DNA from: Octopus sinensis
Taxonomy: Eukaryota
DNA length: 64,000 nucleotides
Assembly (NCBI RefSeq): GCF_006345805.1
Contig: NC_043005.1
Location: 34,162,001-34,226,000 of the forward strand
Direction of reading: 5' to 3'
Shown: piece by piece, positions 36,621-50,402 of the stretch
Position numbering within the stretch: position 1 is the first letter of the stretch
How the letters are laid out: every line of letters begins with the position of its first letter
Made by a program: the position numbers and the translations under genes
The notes under the pieces: model-generated
The model's input: the letters and a program-made list of their open reading frames with translations, nothing else
Database searches by the model: none
Told to the model about the DNA's origin: nothing

Positions 36621-38899
36621 TTTCATGATAAGTGAGAACCATCCAGAAATCAATACTAATGTAAACAATTTTCATGGACAGTTTAACTAAATCTAATATT
36701 TAATTAAGTCATGTCATACTGTTCTGCCTATTAAGATGTCAGCTTCCATGATGGAAAGATATCAAGTTCCATCTTAGTTTACAGCAGTAAACTGGGATTA
36801 TACTCAGTAAGTGGGTGTCAGAATATTTAAACATGGAGTTTTGAAAACCTTGAGTAGAATGATGTATGTGAGTAGAAAAAATATGTAAAAGTTACTGGAT
36901 TTTAATATTGATTTCAAATTTTGGCACAAGGTCAGCAATTTCAGGGGAGGGTGTAAGTTGATAACATTGACCCCAGTATTCAACTGGTACTTATTTTATC
37001 AACCCTGAAAGGATAAAAGGTAAGGTTTGAGCTCAAAACATAAAGATGGATGAAACACTGCTAAGTATTTTGCTCGGCTTGCTAACAATTCAGCCAGTTT
37101 GCCATCTTAACTGGATTCTAATCATTTTTGTTTTCAAGCAAATATGGAAAATACTGCTAACAAACTTGTATCCAATCCAGCCAGGTCACACACCAATCAC
37201 TATGCTCAGTTCTTCTTTTCCAGAATGTGGCACATAAAAAGCACCATCCGATCGTGGCTGTTGCCAGCCTCACCTGGCCTCTGTGCCGGTGGCATGTAAA
37301 AAGCTCCATCCGATTGTGGCTGTTTGCCAGCCTCGTCTGGCACCTGTGCCGGTGGCACGTAAAAAGCACCCACTACACTCATGGAGTGGTTGGTGTTAGG
37401 AAGGGCATTCAGCTGTAGAAACATTGCCAGATCAGACTGGGCCTGGTGCAGCCTTCTGGCTTCCCAGACCCCAGTTGCACCATCCAACCTATGCCAGCAT
37501 GGAAAGCGGATGCTAAACGATGATGATGATGATGATGATGAATTCTCTCCTTGCTTATATCTACTCTGCAGGTGTTGGCTCTGAGTTATGCTAAAAAGCA
37601 TTTGTTTAAAGTACTGTGCAGTGAAACTGAACCCCTAGTCACTTGATTGGAAAGCAAACCACCTAACAACAAAATCCTCATTCCTATACTCCAATAAAGA
37701 ACTGGGAACATAATCCAATTTTTCTAGCCTTGATCAAACACTACTTCTCAGTCCTGTTATTGCATAGTTCACCCAGCTACAGTGAAAAATTAATATTTTC
37801 TGTAAGAATTTCATTTCTGAATAACAAAGACGAATTATTGTTAGACACATTGGAGGTTTCCACACAATTAATCTCAGTTGATGTAGTTCTGTTTTTCCAT
37901 TACATTGCTCTAATAGCTATATCATCATCATCATTATTATCGTCAACATTCTCCTTTCCCTCCTTCCCTCCCTCTCCACTTCCTCCTCCCCCGTTCTCTT
38001 CCTCTCCCCTCCTCCTCTTCTTTATCATTAACGTCATCGTCATCCTCCCCTCTCCTTCCTCCTCCCCTTTTCCTCTTCCTCCCCATCCTCCTCTTCCTAT
38101 TGCTTTTCTTCCTCCTGCTCCTCTTCCTCCTGCTGTTGCTGCTGCTCCTCCTCCTCCCCCTCCTTGTTGTTGACGAACACTATTGGTGACAGTATCATCA
38201 TCATCATTGTCATGTCATCGTTGTCATAATCATCGACGTCATCATCATCATCATCATCATCATTTTATGTCCATCTTTTCATGCTGGCAAGGATTGGAAA
38301 AGTCTTGTATTGTTCTCACCAATCATTCAACAGAGGTTTCTTCAGCAAATTTGTTTTCTGGTGCCATTGTTAAAAATTGTTATTACTAAGCAAGAAAAGA
38401 GCACACACCATCAAAGAGATGCTGGGGTATAAATATACAATGCTCAATATACCCATCACCACTACCCATATGATATGTGTACACTAGGCATATGCATCAC
38501 ATCCATATGACCACAACATGGTGACCTTATATCATCAATATAAATAGTGCATTGCCTTGCAGGTGGGGTCCAGTTAGAATTTCTTCAGGACAAAGAAGCC
38601 CATCCTACTCAAAAGGTCCCTGAATAAGGGTTGTTTAAGAATGATGAATGAACACCCATATTTCCAAGGGGAATTATTCAAACCTCAAAGAATCCTTTTC
38701 AACACATAGCTATGATGCTCCCCAACTACTCTTGCTCATGATCAGAGATGTACATACCATCAGCCACTAAAGGACATGCTCAGCTGGTTAAGGTCAAACA
38801 ACTGATAAGCAAATTTGTGGTACTGAGTAGAATATTTGCTCTCTTTCAATCTGTTTGGATCAGAAGCCATGCGAACCACTGTCTGGTACAGCATTATTA

Positions 38900-39620
38900 T
38901 TATTTCACATACACACAACAGGTTAATTGTTGGAAAAGATTTCCTAACATCGGGCTGCAACAAGTAACCTTACATGCCAAGAACCTTCCTAAGTAGCCTA
39001 CATGTTCCTAATAACACTGTTTTCTGGAGCTGCACTAAACTAGGCTTTATGCCTAATTCCTCTAACTATCTATATATCTGTTCAAATCTTTAGGGCTTGT
39101 CCCTAATGCGTTTATAACAAGAGAGATATATTTTATTTGCACTTTCCATTGCCTCTGCAACTCAGTGGCTAGGCTCTGGTACTTTGCTATTTTCTCTATA
39201 CCTCTCATATTGACTTTCTTATCACTTGGGACTGTAAAGTCAATTACTTGGCACTTTCTATTCTCTTTGTCCAATACTAACTTCTACTCTGTCAGTCTGA
39301 ATGCAAAAATTCCACAACATCTTTTATTTCTAAAACTTTCTTAGACTTTATTAGGTTCATGTTCATACCATTTATCAGTATAGTCAAATCCTAGCATTCT
39401 ATGTAAATCCAAATGGATTAATCTCCCTAGGTTTTCCTGTCTTTTCTTGTATTCTTTCTGTCCCAGCAGCATGCTACATTCATTTACTATATGAGTAACA
39501 CTTTCCGTTTCTTGATTTACATGACCAACATTGGGAATCTACCTGATTTTTGTCTATTTTGGCTTTTATTCAATTAGTCCTCAATGCTTAATCTTGTGCT
39601 GCTCCTAACAAACTTATTAC
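38900..39620 (-). mobile_element. Dong/R4-type LINE fragment (CCHC plus RLE endonuclease)
   Basis: ESVTHIVNECSML..KEYKKR..KWYEHEPNKV, then KCQVIDFTVPSD..EKIAKYQSLATELQRQWK..LVINALG. Confidence 0.85.
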
Positions 39621-39624
39621 TATT

Positions 39625-40140
39625 AATTGTTGAAAACTCTAGGCTTATTTTGTTGGGCATGATAGACAGTGTCAGCTGTCCACAGCCAGCAGACTAAGGT
39701 GACATTTGTTTACTGGTCATGCTTTAAGAACTCTGTGAAGAATTCTTGCAGTTCCAAGTAATGCTGATTTTTGCAGGTGTTCTACCTTTACACTTGTACC
39801 AATCATTTTGAACCATGTTGGTAGTTGGGTGCTGATACTTTCACGTGCACCAATTACTATTGGTATCACGTCTGTTCTCCTCATTGACCACAACTTTTGT
39901 ATTTTCCACATCAAATTTTTACTTCTTTTTTCTCTTTGATCCTGTTGTCACCGAGATATGCTATGTTGATTATCATGCAAGTTTTTCTTTGTCATTCACC
40001 AAAAATATGTCCTGTTTCTGATGCCTGGTCAAGTGATTGCATCAAATCATTGCATCGCACAGGAATTTTGAAATCTTCATTCTCGGTGACTCCTTCTGGG
40101 GTTTTCTCATACCACATCTTTGCTCTTTGTTATCTTGTAT
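39625..40140 (-). mobile_element. Dong/R4-type LINE 3' end
   Basis: IQKLWSMRRTDVIPIVIGA...VEHLQKSALLGTARILHRVL*. A 62 nt UTR stretch at 39663-39724 is identical to 43014-43075. Confidence 0.85.
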
Positions 40141-40185
40141 TATTATCATCATCACCATCATCATCATCATCATCATCATCACCAG

Positions 40186-40232
<47 letters not shown>

Positions 40233-40238
40233 CATTAC

Positions 40239-40291
<53 letters not shown>

Positions 40292-40337
40292 TATTTTAAA
40301 AGGATTGACGTAACTCTTCATGACAGTAAATAGACAA

Positions 40338-41312
40338 TACGAAGAGCGTCATGTAATGCAATAGATATTTTATTGGTATGAATGATATTTTGACTACTTG
40401 CCTGTCTTTGTCAAGCTCAAAATGAAAAGTGATACATAGAAATTCAAAATTATAGAAATTCAAATTCAAAAGTTTGAATGAGGAGATCCTGCATTCCCAC
40501 TTTCACAGAATGACACCATCAGTGTTCAATTTTCAATTTTACAACTGGCAAAAAGAAAAAAAAGAAAATCAAAGAAAAAAAAAAGAATACAAGTCACAAA
40601 ATGAGAAACTGACAATTCTATCAGTTAAAAAACTTAATTGTTTTCATGCTAAGATCAATAGTCAGTTATCATTTCAGGATGCATGCAAATGGGAACAGAT
40701 TATACCTGAAGGTCTTACATCAAATATACCAATGTGTGCATCACAGCCTGATGATTCATTGCTTCAAAACTTTAAATTGATTAATGAGAGCAATTTATTT
40801 CACATAATGGAAGCTATTATTCAACACCATTGTAAAAATTAATATCACTTGGTGCAGACTTTACGAAGAATTTGAGTGTCCTTGAACAGGTATGTTCTAA
40901 AAATCGTTTCAGCTATTTCTGTAATTGTCTGATGAACTTTGAAAAACTGGAAATTTTGTCCCTGAAGACAAAAAAGAAAAGAAACTGAAAAGGTTGATTT
41001 CCCATTTCTCTGAGACAATGGGCAAAGGAACATTTTGGTTGAGAACATTTGCTTTGAAATATGAGAAGTCATTTTTATTTTTGGAACAAACTTATTGATG
41101 CCAGCTCAAAAATCATAGCAGAAACTTTTCCTGAAATTCCAAAACAACCAGCCACTTTTTCTCACATGGAATTTTCTCACATACATTCCACACAGCACAT
41201 CGTTCATCCATCACACCAGGAGCATCACTTTTCATTTTGAACTCAACAAAGACAGGCATGCTGTTGAAATATTGTTCAAAATATCTATTACAATCGCATT
41301 GTGCTCCTCATG
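40338..41312. mobile_element. Degenerate non-autonomous mariner-type element with ~100 bp imperfect TIRs
   Basis: Left TACGAAGAGCGTCATG...GCCTGTCTTTGTCAAGCTCAAAATGAAAAGTGAT matches the reverse complement of ~41224-41312. Confidence 0.55.
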
Positions 41313-41317
41313 TTGTC

Positions 41318-41372
<55 letters not shown>

Positions 41373-41373
41373 T

Positions 41374-42045
41374 ACTTTTAATCTGTATGTTTTTTACAAT
41401 CACTTGCCGAGACACAACCCTTGTTACAATCACGTGCCAAGACACAGCTCTTGTTATAATCGCTTGCTGAGAGACATCTCTTGATTTCACTTGTTCCGGT
41501 TAATTCTATAAGAGTGAACAACAGCTTGTTATTAAGGTTTCACAGTGTCTCTTTCCATGACACTTAACATCCATGTGCCAATCTCAAAATTCCTCAGTAA
41601 TGCAGGTTTCTGAGAATTGTTCTGCCCCCATGTCAATCCCAATTTTTCCAACAAATTTCTCAGATCATGTTGCTAATGCTCCCAGTACCCCTACAACTAC
41701 TGGGATGACAGTCACTTTATTCATTGCTGATAGTCATAGAAGCTCATCTTTTAGTGGCTTATACTTCTCAATCTTTTCCAGTTCTTTAGCATCAAATCAT
41801 ACAACTCCAAGTATGGCAATATCTATGATCTTGAAGGTGGTGAGCTGGCAGAAACATTAGCATGTGGGCGAAATACTTGGCGGTATTTTGTCTGTCTTTA
41901 CATTCTGAGTTGATAATTGAGTACCAGTTGTGTACTGGGTCGATCTAATCGACTGCACCCCACTCCTCAAAACTTTCGGGCCTTGTACCATGAGTATAAA
42001 AGAATATCTATGATCTTGGTTTCCTTCATCATTTTTTCAACTACA
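41374..42045 (-). mobile_element. Dong/R4-type LINE 3' end with three 30 bp UTR repeats, split by a SINE
   Basis: KIIDIAI...KELEKIEKYKPLKDEL...VIPVVVGVLG. 30 bp units at 41391-41480. The 3' end abuts (ATT)n at ~41318-41373. Confidence 0.8.
41834..42002 (+). mobile_element. SINE family A copy with 16 bp TSD
   Basis: TSD AATATCTATGATCTTG at 41818-41833 and 42003-42018. Confidence 0.85.
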
Positions 42046-42056
42046 ACAATGTTTAT

Positions 42057-42900
42057 ATTATTATTTTCATATACACTCAACAGATTAGACTGTTGGAAAA
42101 GAAAAAATCCTAACACCAGGCTACAACAAATAAACTAAGCACCTGATCTATTCGGATTAGGAAATTCCATAAGATTTTGCAGGTCTCTGATTTTACCACT
42201 CCCTGTGGTTTGTGCTCAAACCACGTCTTGCCTACTTCTAGACCACACTTTTCACACAGTTTCCAATGTAACCCTTTCATTACCTTATTGAGTCACCTCA
42301 ACTTATATTAGTTTGGGCAACCTGAGGGCATTCATTCATGATATGGGCAATGGTTTCATCAACTCTATTACAGATTTGGTGCAGTGGAAACACTTGCTCA
42401 TTTCTAAGGTTAACCATCCAATTAGTGGCCAAAGCTTGGTCTTGTACTACCAGTACTGTGCTCTCAGTTTCTTTTATCAGTGCTCATTTCTTTAGCCAGT
42501 CCCACCTATGTTTTCCAGGAGCTACATGGAATTGATTGTTTAGTCCCTTGTTGCATAGTGCTACTTCATGTCCTTCTTGTACTTCTCCTTTTGTTCTTTT
42601 CTTTTTCCCTGATTTCAATCAGCCCTTATTTTTAACTGACCTTAGCAAGGTTTCCTCACATTGGGATAGATACTTCAGCAGGTTCCTCTCTTCATGTATA
42701 GACTATCTGTGCCTGCACATGGATGATGGGCTCCATGCATTGTTAGGCACTTTCTTGTCTTCCCATCCTACTCTTTTAGTTCATCCTCCATCCACTTCAG
42801 AATTCCAGTCCCATACTGAACCACTTCAGCTGCATGCAAGTTTATTGTCAAAATTATGATTTTGTCATTCAACTTTGAATTCAAAATTTTTCTCAATTGT
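42057..42900 (-). mobile_element. Dong/R4-type LINE fragment, internally deleted
   Basis: KETESTVLVVQDQALATN and ETIAHIMNECPQVAQ motifs; 3' UTR resembles 38900-39060. Confidence 0.7.
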
Positions 42901-42926
42901 TGATACTCGTCTTTTCTTTCCTTTCA

Positions 42927-42981
<55 letters not shown>

Positions 42982-42982
<1 letters not shown>

Positions 42983-43500
42983 GAAGACTCACAGCTTATT
43001 TTGCTGGGTATGGTAGACAGTGTCAGCTGTCCACAGCCAGCAGACTAAGGTGACATTTGTTTACTGGTCATGCTTCAAGAACACTGCAGAGAATTCTTCC
43101 ATTTCCAAGCAATGCTGATTTTTGTAAGTGTTCTACCTTCACACTTGCACCAATCTTTTTTTTAGCCATGTTGGTAGTTGAGTGCTGATACTTCCAAGTG
43201 CACCAACTACTATTGATACCACATCTACTCTTTTCATTGATCCCAACCTTCATATTTCCCACTTCAAATTGTCATAGTTGTTTTATTTTTTTCTTCTTGT
43301 TTCACATTGATCCTGTTGTCACCAGGGTATGCTATGTTGATTATCATACATGTTCTTTCTTTTTTATTCACCACAACAATGTCTGGTCAGATAATTGCAC
43401 TGGGTCATTGCATCCCACAGGATTTTGCAATTTTCATTTTCAGTAACTCCTTTTGGATTTTGCTCATACCACGCCTTTGCTCTTTGTAGGCTGTGATTTC
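42982..43500 (-). mobile_element. Dong/R4-type LINE 3' end ending in (TAA)n
   Basis: KIGASVKVEHLQKSALLGNGRILCSVLEA*. The UTR runs into (ATT)n at ~42928-42981. Confidence 0.85.
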
Positions 43501-44329
43501 CACAGAGCTCCCAATGGAGCCATCATCATTGTTATTATCATTGCAGTAATGGAATATGAAGAACAAGCTATAACAAAATCATTCTGCATGCAACTGGATA
43601 CATGTGGGATACCTAGGACTGGTCCTTGATGCAACACCAAAATATCTGGTTTAAGCAAATCAGATCTCAGCTTAGACAGAAAATGAGACAAAATGATTAT
43701 TAGATTAATTAATTTTCACCAAAATTGGTTGAATGGGAGTGATTGTGGATATGTAGCATGAGCTATCCCAGCAGCAAAATACCAGCCAACCAGCCTGTTA
43801 GCCAACCAACCAACCAACCAACCAACCAACAAACAAACAAACCAGTAGTTAGCTAAAAACTACTTTAATGATATATTTCTGCTTTCGTTAGATGGCTGAT
43901 TGCCATACTTTTTTTTCCAGAAAATATCAGAACTGATTGGAATGTTTGTCTTTTTGTATCTTATGAAGGGTTAGTTGGCTATGGTGTTAAGGTCTAGTTC
44001 TATATTCCTAACATCAATTATATTTTTAGACTGGTCTGGTTGTTGATGTCTAGGAATGTGTTGAGGATATGACATTTTTAAAGATCCCTGATTATCAATA
44101 GGCATGGCTACTACATCTGAGGCACTTCTTTCTTTGTTTGAACTGCAGATGGGGCTAGGTCCATAGGTGAGGCACCAAATAGCTGATGTGTCCTCAACTA
44201 TTCTTAGCCCCAACCCTATTTACATGCATTTGCGTAACCCCACATCATATTACATCATTTCATATTGTATCATATAGAATTATCCTCAATCTGTTTGTAA
44301 ACCTTTAGTGGTTAAAGAAATCGTCATTC

Positions 44330-44363
<34 letters not shown>

Positions 44364-44729
44364 TATAAGGCAGCGAGCTGGCAAAATCATTAGCACACTG
44401 GGCAAAATGCTTGGTGGCGTTTCATCCATCTTCATGTTCTGAGTTCAAACTCTGCTAAAATTGACTTTGTCTGTCATCCTTTCAAGGTTAATAAAATAAA
44501 TGTCAGTTGAACGTTGGGGAGAAGAGATGGTGAGGTGGCAGAATTGTAGCACAGCAGACAAAATGCTTTGTAACATTTCATCCATCTTTAAATTCTAAGT
44601 TCAAATTCCACCATGGTCTTTCATCCTTTTGGGGTCAATAAAATAAGTACCAATCGAGTACTGGGGTTGATGTAATTGACTTATCTCCTCCCCCAAAGTT
44701 GCTGGTCTTATGTCAAAACTTGAAACCAC

Positions 44730-44778
<49 letters not shown>

Positions 44779-45880
44779 ATGTTTGGATTTTGCTTTGTGG
44801 TTTGTACAAATTGAGTTCAAGTCTCACCCAGAGACCTTAAGAGACAGTATATTATAAGTTCAAGTGGGCATAATGATTAGGTTGTTGATAGCTGTCATGT
44901 TTTGGGGAAGAATGTTGTTTGGTGAGAGGGATGTGTTTTAATTGTGTACGTTGGGTTCATAAGAATTATTGCTTTCAAAAAATGTTTTTGATGACAAGTG
45001 AAAAAGGTTGTTTTGTTGTTTTGGAATTATATAGACAGTATTTTTTTTGTTTTTTTGTAGGATATGAGCAATTCCTGTGAGTTCTTTCTTTTTAATTTCT
45101 TTCATTTTTGGATTCCCTAGGATTTGAAACAGGTAACATACTCAACCCCTTTTGTGAATATTCCTAAGACACTTACAACCTTGGGTATTGTTCTAATCTT
45201 GAGTTTCCACATTTTATCAAATTCTATTTTAAGATCTTTGTACTTGCTCAATTTTTGGTTAGTTTTGACAGATACATTTATATCAGCTGGGACAGTCATA
45301 TCGATGAGGAGGCATGATTTTCATCTGAAATCTTTGAGCATAATGTCTAGCCTATTTGTATCTATTTTTCTGTCAGTTTGAACAAAAAAAAAAATTCCAT
45401 TGGAGTAAGGTATGATCTTTTTTCAAGCACTGGAAGTGGTTTGCGCTTCCACCAGTTTCTATAATGGAACAAATCTAGATTCTTGTATATTACCCAGTTA
45501 ATATACTGTGCAGCTCTGTCATGCTCGTTGAGATACTCTAAGGATCCAAGAGGGCTAGAAATAGAAACAATGTGATCAATGGTTCCTGACTGTTTTTTAC
45601 ACTCTTAACATGAGCTGCTGCTGTTCTGTAAGATGTTGGTCTGACAGAATTTTCATTTCTTTCTTTAATTGTTATTGATCAGTATGAACGGGCTATCCCT
45701 AAGACCATTGTAAACACTCCAAGACCAGTGAGATCAATGAAGTTAATGTTCTCAGCTGTTACACTCATTTAAAACATTTCTCCATATTTAATTAATTCCC
45801 AAAGTAAGAAGCACGAATGTTATAATCCATCATTTCTGCCTAAACCTATGTAAAAAGATCACCATGATTGGGTATGAGGT
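44779..45880 (-). mobile_element. Dong/R4-type LINE fragment (different subfamily) ending in (TAA)n
   Basis: HDRAAQYINWVIYKNL and TVPADINVSVKTNQKLSKYKDLKIEFDKMWKL..IPKVVSVLG. (ATT)n at ~44730-44778. Confidence 0.8.
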
Positions 45881-45908
45881 CAGCAGCAGCAGCAGCAGCA
45901 GCAGCAGT

Positions 45909-45969
<61 letters not shown>

Positions 45970-47486
45970 ATTCTTTGGCAAAACAAGATCATGGCCCACT
46001 TTCAGTAGCCTAGTTTTATCTTGGGGGTTAGGAAAAACTATTAATATTTGAATTTCTCCTTTTCTATGTCTGTAATTAATATAAAAGTAAAACAAAAAAA
46101 ACCATCCTCATTATTGTTAGTCATGCTTTATATCACCCACCTTCACAGAATATAATGATGTATTTTCCAAACATTACATAACATTAGGGAGTTATTTTGA
46201 CAACTGCAGTTAGCTTAAAAAAAGAAAAGAAAAGCTTCATATAATGGTATATATATTTAATACACAAAAACGTAGCAGGCAGGTTACCAACTTGTTGCCA
46301 AGGTGTAGGAAGAAAGAGCAGTAACTGTGTTAGTTGCTCAGCCTAAGAGTACACAAATGATAAAGTATGATCTAATATGTCCCTAAATACATTTCACTAC
46401 CATCTGTTTTATAATTGTTCATGTTTATTCTGAAAGTGCCTAATTCTGTTTCCCCTCTTTAAAGTATTTTCAGGGTATATTTATTACACACTATATAGTT
46501 TAGCTACCAGAGGCTAAGGTTACTTTAAGCTTTCTTCTTGTGCTAGAAACTCTGTATTCTTTCTTCTTCTAAACTGTTTCTGATAGCTATTATAATAGAT
46601 ATGTAGAGTAAGTATTAAAAGGATTTCCTGATGCAGTTGATTGTATGAAAAATCTACCCTAGCACTTATGTTATGTCTATCAAAATTATGATATTTAATA
46701 CAGGAAAAGTCAACTGACTCGGTTGTTATTCAGTAACAGCTAGGTATGGATCAGAGGTGAGGAGCCTTTCTAATGCCTGGGGCAAACTGAAAGTGCTGAA
46801 GTACCCATAGGGTTGTTTGTACCTGTTTTGAGAAAATAATGAATCTAATTTTATAAATTCATAGGTATGGTATTGGTAGTCAATTACTTGCTCCTAAAGT
46901 TTAAGCTGTTCCTTGTAGATTTTTAGAGATATTGTTTGTATTTGTATATCATTTTAAATTTAAATACAGGCAAAATTTCACTGGCAGTTAATGGTGGTGG
47001 TGGGGAACCTCTTGTCCAAATGATTAGTTATTGCTGATATTTTCCTGAATTACACTGTGTATCACGATTTTTATCCTTGGGTAGCAACTGTTCCCTAGAA
47101 AGCATAAGAATGGCTAATATTTCCTTCAAACTTTGCTTTTGTTACATTTATTCAAGCCTTAAAGAGTCCCTCTCAATACATGGCTATGAAGTTCCCCACA
47201 ACTCTTGCTCATCGTCAGAGATGTACATATTATCAGCCTCTAAGGGACATGTTCAAATGGTTAAAGTTAAGCAACTCTGTGGTACAGAGCAGAATATTTG
47301 CTATAACTATACTTCTGTTTCAGCAACTCAACACTGAATCTGTCTGAAATGTAATGGAGACTAGGTCAGTTTCAAAACATTTATGTCCAGATCACAAAAG
47401 CAAAGTTTGAAGGGAATAGTAATCATTTCCTTTGATTTCTAGATAGAAGAAATAGGAAATAGCACTTACTGACCAAAGACAAAAGA

Positions 47487-47533
<47 letters not shown>

Positions 47534-47839
47534 AAGTTTTGTTACACAGTGTTATTGAAGTATAAATTTTTCTTTTTACTTCACCCTCTCCCATGTTCTC
47601 AAGTGCACAAATTTAAATCCATGCAAAGTAAAAAATAAATAAAAAAGCGCAAATTTAAAAATATATGAGATTACAAGCAAAAGAAAATCTTTATTGGCTA
47701 GAGAAGAGATTTAAATGAAATTCTTGAAACTGTTAGAGTGAGTTAGATACGTTTTAGCCATTATTTGGTCTAGGCCATGTGTAAATCAATAGAACCACTT
47801 GGGATAATCTTTTAAATTATGTTTTAGGAAACCACAGTC

Positions 47840-48150
47840 CTTTCAAGTGAAGTGATGTTATTTACTGAGATGTATCCAGGCATTGGTGGTTTATCTGGTA
47901 TTTCTTAGAGGATTTTGTCGAGTTACAATTTAAATGTTATGGAGTCTCTTTCTCCTTTGATTTCTTTCGGAATAATATTGAATAAGCAGGACCAGTCAAA
48001 GTCAAAAAGTTGTATCACAATGTTGTTATGTAATGTAAACTCAATTTTGCTGAGGGTGTGTGGCTCTGGGGTTAAGTCTTGGGTAATTTGTGAGGTGGAT
48101 ACCAGCACTGTTTATATATTACTGATGAATATTTTCCACACTGAAAACAT
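47840..48150 (-). mobile_element. CR1/L2-group LINE 3' remnant
   Basis: LFNIIPKEIKG...TFKL*LDKIL.EIPDKPPMPGY, like LFN.LP..IR...FK..LD.FL..IPD.P..PGY. Confidence 0.65.
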
Positions 48151-49562
48151 TATGTAGCAACTTTAGTTGCATTGCAGAGAATAAAATTTGAGCTTTCTGA
48201 AGTGATTCCAATAGGCAAAGCCTGTCATGCAATTTACTATTTTTCTTTTTCTTTTCCTTTGTGATTAGTCTCTGGGGGTGTTTCAATTCTTAGCATTCCA
48301 AGAAGAGTATCTGTGGAATAATTTCATTCTAGCATTGTTCTTATAAAAACAAAAAAGAGAGAGACAGAGATTGCCCTAGGAAAAGTTAATTTATTAGAAA
48401 TGCTTACATTTTTCCAGTGAAATGTGCCATCTAAATGAAGCATATCACAGCTGAAGACTATTTACTTCTCCGTTTATACAAATTATCAGTTTGGATGATA
48501 ACAGTTCCACATAAAAATAAAAAAGAAGCCATTATTGTGCATGCTGTTAAATTTACAAGATTGAGAGTCAAGGTTGATATGAATTAAAATGGATTGACTA
48601 ACATGAATATTTTTGTTACATGGCTTTTAATTAGACAATCAGTAAATGTGCAGCTTCACTGATTGCTAACAAGACAACTGACAAAGTAATCACTATAAAG
48701 TATATTATATTATTTAAATCATAGATTTTATTTTCTGTGGTTTAAAAAAAATAAAATGCTAAAATTATATGAAAAAATTAGAATATAATACTTATTAGAA
48801 TCACAAGCAAATATTATCTTCAATTAATTGCTTTTTTTCAAAAAATTAAGTCTTCTTTTATCATGATAATATCTGTCTGTCTCTCTGTGTATATCTAAAT
48901 ATTTATCTTCCTAGTATGCTAGCATTTTTATGTGTGTTGCTAGTCATACACATACATATTACTTTCTGCTTGTCTCTCAATTTATCTCTATCTATATTTC
49001 TCCCTTTCACACACACACACACTCTCACACACTTACACTCACACACACAATCTCACCTTCATAGTTTTAACAATCACTTTTCCATGCTTGCATGGATCAG
49101 ACAGAGTTTAATGAGGCAGGTTTTCTATGGAGGGATGCTCTTCCTGTCACCAACCTTCATCTGTTACCCAATAAGGTAATATTTCCCCATGGCAGAATTA
49201 TTAGAATGTCAGAAGAATTGCTTTGTGCTTCAGCTCTTTCCTTTCTGATTTCAATTCTCACAGGTGCTGTCTTTGCCTTTCATTCCTCTGAGGGCAATAA
49301 ATAATGTACAGAGGCTGAAAGTAGACTACCCACTCGTTTAAAAATTTCTTATCTTGTGCCTCAATGTAAAATCATTATTATGCTGGCAGAATTGTCAGCA
49401 CACCAGGCAAAATGTTTTATGGCATTTCATCTGTTTTTACATTTCACCGAGGTGAACTTTGCCTTTCATCCTTTTGGGGGTTGATAAAATTAGTACCAAT
49501 TGTTTACTGAGGAGTTTACCCACTCCCCACAAATTTCAGGCTTTATGCCTATCATAGAAGGG

Positions 49563-49623
<61 letters not shown>

Positions 49624-49625
<2 letters not shown>

Positions 49626-50318
49626 TACTTTTAATCTGCATGTTTGTTACAATCACTCACTGAGACAGAGGTGAATAATTCAAGCCCCAAAGAATTTCTC
49701 TCAATACATGGCTATGATGCTCTCCCACTACTTCTGCTTGTGATCAAAGATGTAAATTTTATCAGCCACCAAGGGACATGTTCAACTGGTTAAGGTTAAA
49801 CAACTGACAAGCAAATCTGTGGTTCTGAGCAGAATATTTACTGTAGCCCATCTTTTATATCAAGACAAACAATGTACATGATAACATTTCCAATCAGTTA
49901 AGATCAGAAGCCATGAGAGCCACTGCCTGGTACTGCATCAGGGCATCTGAATTATTATTATTATTTATTATTATTATTATTATTATTATATATTTACTTT
50001 TAATCTGCATGTTTGTTACAATCACTCACTGAGACAGAGGTGAATAATTCAAGCCCCAAAGAATTTCTCTCAATACATGGCTATGATGCTCTCCCACTAC
50101 TTCTGCTTGTGATCAAAGATGTAAATTTTATCAGCCACCAAGGGACATGTTCAACTGGTTAAGGTTAAACAACTGACAAGCAAATCTGTGGTTCTGAGCA
50201 GAATATTTACTGTAGCCCATCTTTTATATCAAGACAAACAATGTACATGATAACATTCCAATCAGTTAAGATCAGAAGCCATGAGAGCCACTGCCTGGTA
50301 CTGCATCAGGGCATCTGA

Positions 50319-50320
<2 letters not shown>
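49624..50320. repeat. Near-perfect tandem duplication, ~369 bp unit bounded by (ATT)n
   Basis: Units start at 49624 and 49993; I saw only a 1 nt indel in the unique part. Confidence 0.92.

Positions 50321-50402
<82 letters not shown>

Noticed and set aside
40474-40842. 122 aa plus-strand ORF
   Set aside because: No recognisable domain; partly a poly-A tract; lies inside a degenerate TIR element.
40748-40935. CTGATGA matches at 40748 and 40929 (also 48122 and 63061)
   Set aside because: No stem II followed by GAAA with pairing stems I and III; chance 7-mers.
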